Part shown: positions 1 through 15,707 of the stretch, one piece after another
How the letters are laid out: each line of letters starts with the position of its first letter
How positions within the stretch are numbered: position 1 is the stretch's first letter
Source of the DNA: the human T2T-CHM13v2.0 reference genome, Homo sapiens
Direction: 5' to 3' (one strand)
Assembly: GCF_009914755.1 (NCBI RefSeq)
Contig: NC_060940.1
DNA: 64,000 nt
Position numbers and translations under genes: made by a program
Notes under the pieces: generated by a model
Told to the model about the DNA's origin: nothing
Database searches by the model: none
What the model saw: the letters and a program-made list of their open reading frames with translations, nothing else

Positions 1-1017
1 ACATATGAGGAAGGCCCAAGTCTTATGCTGCTAGAAGCCAGGGCAGAGGCAGTAGGCTGGAAAGGACCAGTGGTCATCTTGGAAATATGTGCTCCACTTG
101 AAGCCATTTGGATAAAAAATAAGAATTCTTAGAACACTGGACATCCCAGAAACACGATAAATTAGCAGACCAAATGCCAGTCTGCAACTGCTGGTTAAAA
201 AGAAAAATCCAATTACTTATAACACTGAATATAGGTCAGCAGAAACTCCCGGCATCAAAGAAACTCTGACCATAAAGACTTAGTGTATATTTTTACAAAA
301 CACTTCACAGGGCCTTGTGGATCAATCATGGATTCAATTTTGTTCTACAAATTAAAATCAAGCCATGTTTAAAGCAATCTCATTAAGTCGCTTGCCAACG
401 GGTGCACACAGTACCACACTCCTGGTGTGACATGACCATTCTTATCATTCATTTTTGGAACCCTCCTTTCATGGATACACCACCCCTCACCTCACTTCCC
501 TGCTTCTGCCTTACCTGTGCTTTCCCTGTGGCTTACCTGGATTATCACAACCAGATCCCCTGCAGTTTTCAGCCTTGCCAACATCTGAACATGTCAAAGA
601 AAAATGGGCAGGACAGAGTTTGAAAGGCAAAGCCTTTATTCAAGGCTACAATAAGGGAGAGAGATTGAACTAACTCTGCTGAAACAAACAATGGGACGAT
701 TTTTAAGAGCTGGGATGAGCTAATGGAAAAGTACTGGAAGATGTTTGTGGGGAGGTTGGTCCATGTGATTAGGCATCTGTGTTTGCTAATGGGTGTTTAC
801 TGGAGTTAGGCTCCAACCCTTCCACAGAGACTGAGAGACAGAGACACTATTCCTTTCCATGATTACATTTCAAAGAGATGTCAGGTCCTTGAGAAAAGTG
901 GTCCTGGGTTGCAAAACTAGCAACAGGTTGGAAGATTTACATCTCACAGGGACAGAGAAAGAATTTACAATTGCAAGTTTCTAAAGTAAATGCTTCAAGA
1001 AAAGAGAAGTCAAGGCC

Positions 1018-1378
1018 TATATTAGTCCATTCTCATACTACTGTATAGCTACTACTCGATACTGGGTAATTTATAAAGGAAAGAGGTTTAATTGGCTCAT
1101 AGTTCCACATGGCTGGGGAGGCCTCAGGAAACTTACAATCATGGTGGAAGGCAAATGGGAAGCAAGGACCTTCTTCACATGGTGTCAGGAGAGAGAAGTG
1201 CTAGCAGGTTAAATGCCAGACACTTATAAAACCATCCGATCTCATGAGAACTCACTCACTATCAAGAGAACAGCATGGGGGAAACCACCCCCATGATCCA
1301 ATCATCTCCCTCCCTCAATATGTGGGGATTACAATTGGAGATGAGATTTGGGTGGAGACACAAAGCCAAACCATATCA
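1018..1378 (-). mobile_element. MaLR solo LTR (MSTA/THE1D-like), inserted in an older LTR-like element (about 590-1450)
   Basis: Ends ccaaaccatatca, the reverse complement of TGATATGGTTTGG. Contains typical gaggtttaattggctca and ggcctcaggaaacttacaatcatgg. Confidence 0.85.
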
Positions 1379-2079
1379 GGGCTCTAGAGTCTGAAAGAAG
1401 CCCATCTAAAGTGTAGTCCAGCACAGGGGAAGGTTATGGCCCTCTTGGTCAAGCCTATCTATCCTTAGGAGGTAAGGAAGTTCTTCTAGCCTTGCCTCAA
1501 ACCCAGGGTGAGCATTAGTATATGGTGATTCTCCTGGTGGCTGAGCCACAGGCTCCAACACTGTTCCCCAGTCATGAGGCTCTAAACCACTACCCCACAG
1601 AGGCCCATTTCTATAATAAGGTCCTGCTCCCAAGCTTCCTCCTTTCTCTCCATCCTTATCCCTCCCCCTTCCCTGCCTGGCATGGTCTTGTAGCTGGAAG
1701 ACGAGGCCTCAGCTCTGGGGTCTCATTTCTGCTTCACAAACCTCCATCAGCACAGACTGTCCCCATGTGGAGCCCAGCCCCCTGCTGTTATCTCTGAAAA
1801 AGATCTACTCAACTCTATAATCATTTTCGGCTACTGAGCTATTCGTACTACAGAAATAGTAAATGCTATTTTACTGTGCATGGCCGGTGATACCAGCAAG
1901 CCTAGGACATTGGTCCCAGCGCCTATCCTGCCTATTGTCCTACTACAGGGACAACTATGACTATGCTAGCTGGAAATGATGATTCCTTGGGTACCCAGCC
2001 TGACTATGACACAGGCTGTCATAGTCATTTCCAGCAAGCAAAATAGGAACAGGAAGCTAAGAATCTCAAATACATTTAG

Positions 2080-2401
<322 letters not shown>

Positions 2402-2431
2402 TACCATTTATTTGTGAAAAAAAAATAAAAA

Positions 2432-2696
2432 ATTCCACTTATATGGGCTCCCCAGAGTCGTCAGATTCATAGAGACAAGGAGTGGAATGGTGGCTGCCAG
2501 GGGCCAGGGGAAGGGGAATGGGGACTTGGTGTTTAATGGGTCAGAGTTTCAGTTTTGCATGGTGAGAAAGTTCTGGAGATGAATGGTGGTGATGTTCCCA
2601 CAACAATTTGAATGTACTTAACACCACTGAACTGTACACTTCAAAGTGGTTAAAAATTGTCAATTTTATGTTATGTATATTTCACCACAATGAAAA
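2432..2696 (+). mobile_element. L1M (L1MB-like) 3' end
   Basis: attccacttatatg...gttctggagatg...ccactgaactgtacactt...aattttatgttatgtatattt resembles old L1 3'UTR. Confidence 0.8.
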
Positions 2697-3365
2697 GAAC
2701 AGCTCATAAGAAGGAAGCTGTAAATAGTAATAATAATAACCTGGAATTATGGTTTAGGGATTATAGCTTGCTTTCATGGTTAAAATGAGAGCCTGTAAGA
2801 CTCAAGCTATGTAATAAAAATTCTGGTGGAGAAAGTATAGGTTAATGCTTGCTCTAGAGAAGGAGGCCTGACACTCACGGTGTCCATTTGAGCCTGTCCT
2901 AAATCTCTCTGGACCTCAGCCTCACCATACCTACAATGAATTGGCCTCAGATCTTCTGCTCTGATCTTGCACCAAGCCTGGGCTTGCAATCTGCGTGTCT
3001 GTGGACTCTTCAGGTATATTTCTGAATGCAGGTGCGTTTCTCTGGAGGCAGGGGCCATGACCTTCAGCAGATTCCCAATTGGAAACTCACCTCCCAACCA
3101 CGTTGAAGACCTGAAAGCTGGAATGGTTCATCTGTCAGCAGTCCTTACAGCTCCTAACATTATAAAGACAGAAGCCCCTACAAACTCAGCCAGACCCCCA
3201 CATGTTTAGAAGTTAGACTTCTCTGATCCTTAAAATGGCTACCATGAGAACATGGCCCCTGGGCTCCCTCCAGAAGGGAGCTGCAAAGAGGGAGTCCCAT
3301 TCTAGCTCCATTTCTGGGTGTTTTGCTCAAATTGACCTGTTTTCCCTATTGAAAGAGAAAATTCC

Positions 3366-3485
3366 GGCCAGGAGTGGTGGCTTATGAGCCAAGATCGTGC
3401 CACACTGCACTGCAGCCTGGGAGACAGAGCGAGACGCTCTGTCTCAAAAATAAAAAAAAAGAAAAAAGAAAGAAGGAAAAGAAAA
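3366..3485 (+). mobile_element. Internally deleted Alu with intact 14-bp target-site duplication
   Basis: About 21 nt of Alu 5' end fused to the last 60 nt plus A-rich tail. gaaagagaaaattc at 3351 and 3486. Confidence 0.85.
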
Positions 3486-4289
3486 GAAAGAGAAAATTCA
3501 TAAAGGAGGGACCCCGTCTTCACTGTGCCTTGGTTTTGATTCTTGGTTATGAGTGGTTCCATGGTGGTGGAGGCTGCTGATGGAAAGAGGAACAGAGGGG
3601 TGAGGGATTTTTGCTGAAAATCTAGAGAATACTTAGAAGCCCCTATATTTCCTGGGCCCCAGAAATGATTGGAGCCAAATGGGCTTGTGAGGAATTTTGA
3701 AATTTTGAATTTCACCTGAATTTTGGATGTGATTTTTCTCTATCCCGTGCATAGAAACTGAGAGAGGCTCTTTCCCTCAGGATTTTGTGAATCTTGTCTT
3801 TAACTCATCGCCCAAAGTAACAAACTCATCTTACTAACTTCAGAAAAAGACATCACCAGCCTGGCCTGGGAATAACACATAGGAAATTGAAGACAGTAGT
3901 ATACTTAAGTTCACAAAAGGCCAATTCTTACGGCCATATTTCAAATGCTCATAACGCCTTCTCATCCATTCTACCAAATGACTTGTCTTCATAATATATT
4001 CAGAGTGAAAAAACATAATGGATTCTTCCGAGATATTCAGTTAGTTCAATAAAAAGAGAAAAATAATTTTTCAATAAAGAAATTTAACTAAATGACTAAA
4101 ACTGACAGTGAAAAACCAACTTCAAAGTAATTATGCATTTCTTTTGAGTTTGCGCTCTAACGAAAGTTGATGATATGCCACCATTAGAAATAGCCATCCT
4201 TCAAATGATCAATTGCATTTGTGTTGCTATTTTAGCAGACATTTATTTGAATGTTTACTCTGTAGCTGTCTTTGGGTGTTGATATATTT

Positions 4290-5015
4290 AAATTTCCACC
4301 AGCCCCGCTAAAGAGTATCGGCTCGCACTTCTTCATGACTCACTGCTCAGCTTCCTTTAAGCTGGTTTTTTCCCCGTTAACAGAAACCTCTTCCAAAAGT
4401 GTCACCAGTAACATTCTCCTTACAAAATCCGGTTACTTCTCTTCACTTCTTATCCTCGTAGGGGTCATGACACATTTAATTATGGGTCATTGACTCCTCT
4501 TCCAATTCTCTCCTGCAAAACTAGCATCTGCTCTTTAAACTTTGGGGTCTCTCAGGATTCCGTATTCCACCCCTCTGGCATTCTAAACTTTCACCCTGGG
4601 TAACCACTTTGTTAGAGAAGTTTCAAAGCCATCTATGTGTTGATGACTTCCCAACCCCTAACTCAGCCTGGGCACTTCCGCCAAGCTGCACACATCTGCA
4701 CAGGTGCATTGAATTCAAGGGGTCGTTAGCACAATCAAGACTGAACCGCTGGTCTTCCCACTTCCCACTGCACTCTGCTCTTCGGGCAGCCTCATCTGAG
4801 TGCTTGATCACCAAGAAAAGACACTGCTTTCCTGCTCGAGCTGCACACATCATGCCTCTCTTCATCCATGGCTGGTCCGCCTGCCTGCAGGGTCTCACAT
4901 TTCCTATCAATCCAATCGTGTGCTTTCTGAAGATAAGTCAGATCAGATTGTTCCTGGATCACTGCCTTTCCGGAAAGCCTCTGGTGGCCTCGTGCACTCT
5001 GTAGAATTGGTACAG
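4290..5015 (+). mobile_element. Degenerate L2 LINE fragment
   Basis: Pyrimidine-rich L2-like segments such as tggggtctctcaggattc and tctatgtgttgatgacttccca. Confidence 0.5.
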
Positions 5016-5663
5016 GCCCCTTGTGATGCTACTCAAGGCCCTCCAGGAGCCCATGCCATCCTCAGTGCCCTCAGCTCTGGAGGAGCAGCTCCACCACGGC
5101 ACCCCATGACTTTGCATGTAGAGCCACATGGGGAGGGTATGACCTGCAGCTGCGCTGAGTCTTGGCAGAACACCCTGCGGTCCCCCAGCCAGTTTCTCAT
5201 TGCCTTCCGGGTTCTGTGAGGTGCGGGGGCTTTCTGCCTGCCCCTCTCAGGACACAGCTGCTGCTGTAAAACTGCTGAGAAGCAGCTTGGAGTTGGCTCT
5301 ACTGCAACATCCCTTCTTTCTGTTGCAGTTGTCCATTCCCTTTTATTCTGCCATGACCTGCGCCAAGGCCATCATGCCCACGCCTGCTTCTACTGTCTAA
5401 GTAATAAGCTGTCTGCATCTAAAGAGGTCTCCTTGCTTCTTTGCTAGGACTTGCCTGCGTCCTGTATGCCAACTTCAAATACTCACTACCCTTCTAACCC
5501 CCGTGTAACCTGATAGCCTAACTGCAAACTTAATATGCGTTTCAAAACATAAATATAGTACAAGAGAAAATAAAATTATACTTGGAAATCTGGCTAAGTG
5601 AAAATAAGGATTAGAAAAATAAAAGAAAGCCATAGGTTAGATTAGTACTGTATAGTATTAGTT

Positions 5664-5721
5664 TATTAAACTGATAAGAACAGATCTGTACTTCATCTTA
5701 GCCAAGAGGCCAAGAAACGAT
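5664..5721 (-). pseudogene. 3'-truncated U2 snRNA retrocopy (U2 nt 1-59)
   Basis: Reverse complement ATCGTTTCTTGGCCTCTTGGCTAAGATGAAGTACAG-ATCTGTTCTTATCAGTTTAATA matches the U2 5' end at about 52/59 positions. Confidence 0.92.
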
Positions 5722-5984
5722 TGTACTACTGTATAAAATTATGGTGCTGTAATTTTAGAGGTGCTTCAAATTATTTTGGGAATAAGGCAAATCTGTATAC
5801 TTAAAATGTGTGACCTATGAATTTGGCTCTAACCTTTCTTGCAGAAAATTAGAAACTACTAACAAATGGTTTGTCCCAAGAGCAAACCTCTAATGCACAA
5901 ATGATTAAAGATGAACTCAGAGAAAAATGAAGGCAAGCTGAGTTTTATTAACATTGTTTAATGTTTAAGTGAAATACATTATTA

Positions 5985-6287
<303 letters not shown>

Positions 6288-6861
6288 TTATTAGATTGGT
6301 GATTATGAGGGCCATTATCTTAAAATAGTATTTCCTAAAATGAAAAACATTTCAGGAAGTAGCTGAAATATCAGGAAAAAAACAAGGCTTTAAAAATAAG
6401 GCCCAAAGATTATATGATGATTGCTTCTATGCCCCTGTAGCCAGCTAGTGATCTCATTTCTCATCACTAACCCAGCTTCCTAAATCTGTCCTGTCCAGCA
6501 GGGTCAGCCATCCCAGCCCCCAGTGGCACCATCAGCCATCTGAGACTCTTTTTCACCCCCAGAAGAAAATGTCTTGGATTTAATCTTTCCCTCTTTAGTC
6601 AACTCCTCAGTTAGAGTAGAGCTACAGCAGTGAAACCATGGCCATCTCTCACGGAGACTCCGTCCTCCCCCTGCCACCAACATGTGTGAATACCTGGCTA
6701 CTTATGTAAAAGATTTAATTTGATAAGTGAGGAAAAGTCATATTTATCTCCATTCTTTGAATAGATTTCAGTGTGTGAGAATGACTTTTTAGTGTGTGTC
6801 AGAAGCTTAGTATTCTAAGGGTAAAGTATTAAGCCTAAAGAACTTCAATCAGAAGTCTTAA

Positions 6862-7214
<353 letters not shown>

Positions 7215-7217
7215 CTA

Positions 7218-7945
<728 letters not shown>

Positions 7946-8257
7946 GTAAGTCTGGCTAAAGCATTTCTGCCTATTCTTCCAGCTTTCAGTTTATTTTCTC
8001 TTTCCCAAAATGCTGTTTCTCTACTGTTCTCTCAAGTATTCTCATTTGGTTCATTTTAAGTTATTGGCATATTATAAATACTGAGAATTTTCCCACCAAC
8101 AAACAAATGCAATTTATAAAAATATTGAATATCTGTTTCAAACACAGACATTTTCTCTTCTGCTTCCTCTCTGATATTTTCTATACTGTACACCCTGTGT
8201 TGTATATCCTAACCTGTCTGCTACATACACTATTTAGTATAACTCCAATATTCTATC

Positions 8258-8365
8258 TTTAAAATTTTCATATATTTAGGGGGCACAACTGCAGGTTTTT
8301 ACATACATACATTGCATAGTGGTGAAATCTAGGCTTTTACTATCCCCATCACCCAATAGTGAACT
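8258..8365 (-). mobile_element. L1PB/L1MA 3' end fragment
   Basis: tttagggggcacaactgcagg...ttgcatagtggtgaaatctaggctttta...ccatcacccaatagtgaac. Confidence 0.7.
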
Positions 8366-9513
8366 TTCTCTTAACTAATCTGTAGTTTCTGCCATCCCAG
8401 AGTTCCCAGCCACAAGACTGTGATTCTTTGTTCTTCCTCTTTCTCTTCCTTTTTTCTTTTAATTAAACTCCACAGATTCTTTGTTTGTAACTAGCTTACA
8501 AAGAATATTGGCCAACCTGCCCAGTCTCAGACCTTGAAAAGATAGGAGTCTCTGCTTCTCCCCAGCTATCTCTTGGCTCAGCTGTCTTTCCAGTCTCAGA
8601 GACAGAGAACTGTGTTAACATTAACTTTCACCAGCGCATTGGAGAGACTTTTCGTGGTGTACCTGCTGTCATAAAACACTAAAGGAAAGAGAAGTGCTAG
8701 GATAAGAATCTTTATAGTCTTCAACCTCCAACCTTCCATAGTACGCTGCAGACCTCCTCAGACTTGACTTGGTTTAATGATGACCTTGGGTTTTTTTTCA
8801 AATCCTTGGCCACCATTGACTTTGATGTCTTCTTCCATGCATCTTCTTTCTCCTTTATAAAACTTGCAAGCAATGTCTCCTCCCACAAGTCCTTCCACAT
8901 AGGCAGGTGGAATTCAAAACTTAACCCAACTTCTATCACTTGCCTTATTAAGACTGAAACACCAACATATTAATATGGAGTATCCCTATATCCACAATCT
9001 CACCCACTTTCTTCCCCAAATGTAAACTAACTACCAAGTTCACCTTGTCTTCCAATAAAGTAAAAGAAAAAAGAAAAAGAAAGACATTAGACACTATGTC
9101 TTCAATAATATACTTATCCTGCTGTTGACCCCGTCAGGGTTCCCACTTCTTATGTCAGTGGTAGAACTTTTGAGGGAGACAGAGAATTACGCATTTCATT
9201 AGGTTTTGCAAATGTATTGTACAATTGTGCATAACATTTTCTATTTAAAAATCTCATATCTATTGTTATAGCCCTATCTCATATCTCATTTTTTTAGTGC
9301 CTTTTGCTTGTTATTGATTCTATTTGCCTGTTTGTCTATTTTATTGCTTTTTAAATAATGAATTCTGTTATACTGATTATTTTTAATTAAAACAGACCTT
9401 CTCTTGTTTGAGGGGTTAGTGTTTTATTTGCTAGTTTTTATGGCTATAGCCTATTTGAATAATCATCTCCAGTTCTTTCCAATTGGAACTTTCTCATTCA
9501 AGAGTTTCTTTTT

Positions 9514-9700
9514 TGGGGGCGTGCAGAGGGGGGTGAGCATCAGGATAAATAGCCAGTGCATGTGGGGCTTAATACCTAGGTGATGGGATGATTTGTGCAG
9601 CAAATCACCATGGCACATGTTTACCTATGTAACAAACCTGCACATCCTGCTCATGTACCCCGGAACTTCAATTAAAAAAAAAAAGAAGAAAAAAAAAAAG
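9514..9700 (+). mobile_element. L1PA 3' end with poly(A)
   Basis: gcttaatacctaggtgatggg...caccatggcacatgtttacctatgtaacaaacctgcacatcctg followed by A tail. Confidence 0.9.
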
Positions 9701-10196
9701 ATTGTATCCTCTACTCAAGGAAGATGGGAAAATGCTGTTTGATTTAATCTGCCATCTCACTAGGTGAGCATCACATTAGTCATTGCTGCTCCTGTCACCT
9801 TCTGGTAATGATCATGCTTCATCTATTTTTATTTCCCTGTCATTACTCTCTTGTTTTTTCTCCTGGTTTTACCTAATAGATAAATGCCTTCTAAATGATT
9901 TTGTTGTCTCACAGTTTTTTTTTCTGAATATTTAGCCCTGTTTATTCCCAGAAAGGGGCACTTAAAAATACATATGACCCTAATCATGTGAGTGACTTTA
10001 TCTCAAGGCTAAAGAATAGGCCAGCTGGTGCAGCCACTGCCAAGTGTCACCCAGGGGCCTGGGTGATGGTGGCTATTGCCACCGCACATGACATCAGGGA
10101 AGTGGAGGGGAAGCTTAAAGATCCAGTCTCTATGTTGCGGGTTCCCACCCAAATGTAGAGCTGTGGACAGAGGATTGATCAAAAAAACAAAAACAA

Positions 10197-10585
<389 letters not shown>

Positions 10586-10996
10586 TTAGCTTTCTAGATG
10601 TGGAACGCAGTCTTTGTCAAGATGGCTTTTTCGTGTAATAAATTTGCAGGGAGGAGTTCTTGGTAATCAATCATCTTCATGAAAGGAGCTCTCCTTGAAA
10701 CCGATTATAATCGCGCCGAGGCACAGAACTCTGGTGATGGAAACACTCTGTCTCTGTGCTGTTCATTACAGGAGCCAGCAGCCATGTGTGGCTTCTGGGC
10801 ACTTGGAATGTGGCAGGTGCCACTGAGGATCTGAACTGGTATTTTCACTTGATGTTAATGAATTTAAATGTAAGCATTCGCACAATTATAAATGAAAATG
10901 CAATGCCTGTTTGGTGTGACTTTCATCACCAAAACCTCACTCTTTTATTGGAAAAAGTCTCATCCGCTCTCACCAGAACCCTCCTTGCCTTTACAG

Positions 10997-11215
10997 ATAC
11001 ACACGCCCTGGTAAGCCTTCTTCAAAATCTGAACAAAGCAAACTACAACCTGCCCATCATGGTGACAGATTCAGGGAAACCACCCATGACGAATATCACA
11101 GATCTCAGGGTACAAGTGTGCTCCTGCAGGAATTCCAAAGTGGACTGCAACGCGGCGGGGGCCCTGCGCTTCAGCCTGCCCTCAGTCCTGCTCCTCAGCC
11201 TCTTCAGCTTAGCTT
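10997..11215 (+). CDS. CDH13: Cadherin-13 penultimate coding exon (exon 13), end of EC5 plus GPI-anchor signal
   Basis: Acceptor cctttacAG at 10995-10996 and donor GTAAGT at 11216. 219 nt, in frame with the previous exon. Translates to [29 protein letters not shown]...[23 protein letters not shown], a hydrophobic tail with no cytoplasmic domain. Confidence 0.98.
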
Positions 11216-12037
11216 GTAAGTTGACCTAACTCCAGTGCATGCACAAACAGGAAATTGTAACTTCACTGGGTTCGTGAAGCCAGCATTTTCCCATATACCT
11301 TTCCAAGAAGATGTTTCCCAGAAGAATCATTCATCTTTAGTGTATGTCTGTATGATAGAACATGTTATATGTAAAAGTGCTCCCACTGATGTTTAAAGGC
11401 ATCTTAACAATCCCTGCCAGCCAGTCTGAGGGATTGTGCAAAGGTGTTCATTGCTAGCCTGCAAACTAGGTGGTAAGCAAAACTTCCTACAGCTGCCACT
11501 CAACTTGAGCTAATGAAAATGCGCCCAGATTAGTTAACTAGTCTATCAGAGGCCTGTTTCTCTCTACATTATGCAGAATAATCTTTTGCAAGGTTAAAAC
11601 AGATATTATGAGACTTTCTGAGAATAGTCGTGAGAATTTATGGATGGAGGGTGGGCCGCAGGGAAAATGATAAATGCATAATTTACACTGTTTTTTCACT
11701 GGCTAGTAATAATGACTATAATATCATGAAACATTGTTTTTAACAAATGAATTATTATGCCAAGTAGTATAGATGTGAGGATAAAATTAATAAATACATG
11801 TCTCAGATATTCCTTATTTATGAAATACTAGTCCAATGTTAACTTTAGCCGTTATTCATATATAACTGTTACCATCCAAAAGCCTTTTGGGCCTTGCAAT
11901 TTACCTTTTGAGAACGTATCGGTGTAATTGTGAATTAGGAAGTTGGGAAATTGACAGAAAAAGAAAACAGAAGGTTTTTTATCCTACTGACAGTGGTGAG
12001 CTGCCAGGAAATCACATAGTACAACATTGCACATTCA

Positions 12038-12406
<369 letters not shown>

Positions 12407-12899
12407 TTATAGCATTTCACTGGCCCTTCAGACTGGGCATTTCTGAAAGCGAACATATCATCTTCCCCTCCTGACCTGCCCCTCTGCCTGACTTGTCTCT
12501 GATGACTGTACCACCACCATCATCATCACCATCATCTCCATGTCTCCTTCCTGGTCTTCCCACTGCAAAGCCCAACAGAGTCTAAGGGTCCAACACTTTC
12601 CATCCATCCCTGCCTCCACCCTCCTGTCTCAGGTACTAATGTCACTTAACCTCGATTATCTCACTGGCTTTCTAACTTTATCTTCTGCAAAGAGAGAGAG
12701 AAAATAGAAATCAAGAGGCCACCCCTCGGAGGCTTCTCCTGAGTCTTTTCTGTAAAGCAGAGACAATTTCAGATGAAGGGTTAGAGATGGGAGTGGGGAC
12801 TGAGAAGAAATTAGGAAACCTTGTCAAAGCACAGATAATTCGGCTGTACAGCAATTGGGCTAAACGTTGAGCAGGGGTGGTCCAGAGGAGTTTGTATAC

Positions 12900-13254
12900 T
12901 GTCTTAGTCCATTCGGGCTACTATAACAAAATACCATAAACTGGGTGGCTTATAAATAACAGAGATGTATTGCTCATGGTTCTGGAGGCTGAGAAGTCCA
13001 AGAATAAGATGCTGGCAGATTCATTGTCTAGTGAAAGCCCACATTCTGGTTCACATATGGCGCCTTCTCCCTGCATTTTCACATGATGGGAGAGGCAAGG
13101 CAGCTCTCTGGGGCATCTCATCCCATCCCATCCATGAGGACACTGACTTCCTGACCCACTAATTTCCCAAAGGCCCACCCTCGTAGTACCATCACCTTGG
13201 GGATCAGGTTTCAGCATATAAACTTTGGAGGGGCACAAACTTCAGAGCATAGCA
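12900..13254 (-). mobile_element. MaLR LTR (MLT1A/MSTD-like)
   Basis: tgtcttagtccattcgggctactataacaaaataccataaactgggtggctta...cagagcatagca. Confidence 0.85.
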
Positions 13255-14243
13255 GATACCATGAATTTATAGCAACACATTATGCTTGTTTGCCCCCTTG
13301 CTTTGCTGACAGATATCCTAGACCTAGATTTCTAGAGTGTAGGAATGTTCCCTTCGTGAGGGTATGCTGTCTGGGGCCTGGTTTGCTGAGTCATCACTAG
13401 CAACCTGCAAGTCACTCTTGCATAGTATCAGCTGGGGAGATGGTGGTGGATCTCAAGTCTGGCTGCACAACAGAAGCACCTGGGGAACTTTTAAAAGTAG
13501 CTACCCATACCTGAGCCCTACCCTATGGCTGGAAGGGCAGCTTAGACATTTGTCCATTTTAAAGCCTCACCAGGTGGTCCGAAGACACTGGGAAATCAGG
13601 ACCGTCCTGGTGAGTGACTCCAACGTTTAGGTACAGGCTCCTGGACATTCTAACAGTGTCCTCCAATCTTGTCCCCACCCTAAAGACGTGCTGGTTCCTT
13701 CGGTTCACAACTCAATAGGAAACAGGTGGAGGAGAGTAAAGTTAAGAATACAAGTGTGAAGATGTTTGCTACCGATGGTGCCAGAAAACCTGGCACCATC
13801 CCTCCTCCAGAGAGGAGGGTACGGTGAGATGACAGAACACATCCAGTATGAGAATTTCTATAGCACCAACTTTCCAGAAAGTGTTTCAGAAGCTTAGAGA
13901 ATTAAAATGTGAACCAGACAGGAAGTTAAACTTGACAAGGAAGAGAAACCAACTAGGAAGAGTTGGGGATGGAGTTAACTGACACTAAATTTGGCCTGAG
14001 CTTCTCATTGGCTTGCCGTACACAATTGCCACTGTGCGATAAGAGCAACGTGTTAATTGCAGTGGTAGTTCCTAAATGCTGCTGCACGTCAGAACCACTT
14101 AGGAAACATTTTCAAACTACGAATTCCTGAGCTCAGTGCCCTAGAAACTTTCATTTGTGCTCTGGATTACGACTTGAGGTTGAGGAATAGGGCGTTGGGG
14201 AATGGTAATGAATGGACGCATGGACAGACAGATGGATAAATGA

Positions 14244-14651
<408 letters not shown>

Positions 14652-15399
14652 TAAAATATTACAGGCAAAGGTAAAATTGCCTATGTTTCTCTGCCCAATT
14701 TTATTTTCTGTTCTCTCTCCTCAGAAACAATAGCTACCATGAATTAGCTATTCATGTGCGTGTCCAGATGTTTTATCCTTTTACTACACACAAACTGACA
14801 CATACACTCACTCACACACATTCACACATGACACATACAGTTCTATTTTGTGCAGTTTGTAAAACCTCCTGTAATTCATATTATATTGGGCATACCATTC
14901 TGCGACTTACTTTTCTTCCTACCTGTGTTACATTCACAAGGTCCATCCACGTTGCTCTAATTCAGCGTTCAGCAAACTTTTTCTGTAAAGGGCCAGGTGG
15001 CTTTGTGGGCCATATTAGTCTCTGTCACATATTCATCTTTATTGTTTGTTTGTTTGTTTGTTTCTGTCTTTTGTACCACCCTTTAAAAACGTGAAAACCC
15101 TTCTTTGCCTGGGAGCTATCCAAACACGGACTTGAGGTTAGAGTCAGCCCACAGCGTTCCTTGGCTGAACCCCGCTCTGCTCCATTTACTCCTTCTGCTG
15201 GAGGATCCTGTCATTTGAATACGGTGCAGTGGATTCCCTTATCAGCAGACACATTCGAATCATTTACTATGACCAACGCTACTACAGTAAGAGATCTACG
15301 TTTTCCACCAGCTTCTGGAGTGAGCGCCAGACAGACCACAAGCCCAGCACTGCCCAAAGACCAGCACTTAGAAGCCACTGCTCTACAAGCAATGCTTGC

Positions 15400-15707
<308 letters not shown>

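Noticed and set aside
8721-8973. Lys/Glu-rich minus-strand ORF in CDH13 intron 12
   Set aside because: No recognisable protein family, no ATG start and no clear splice sites. Possibly decayed L1.
10756-11229. 157-aa ORF spanning CDH13 exon 13
   Set aside because: The N-terminal part is intronic repeat-like sequence that happens to be in frame. Only 10997-11215 is exonic. The 3' read-through is treated separately.
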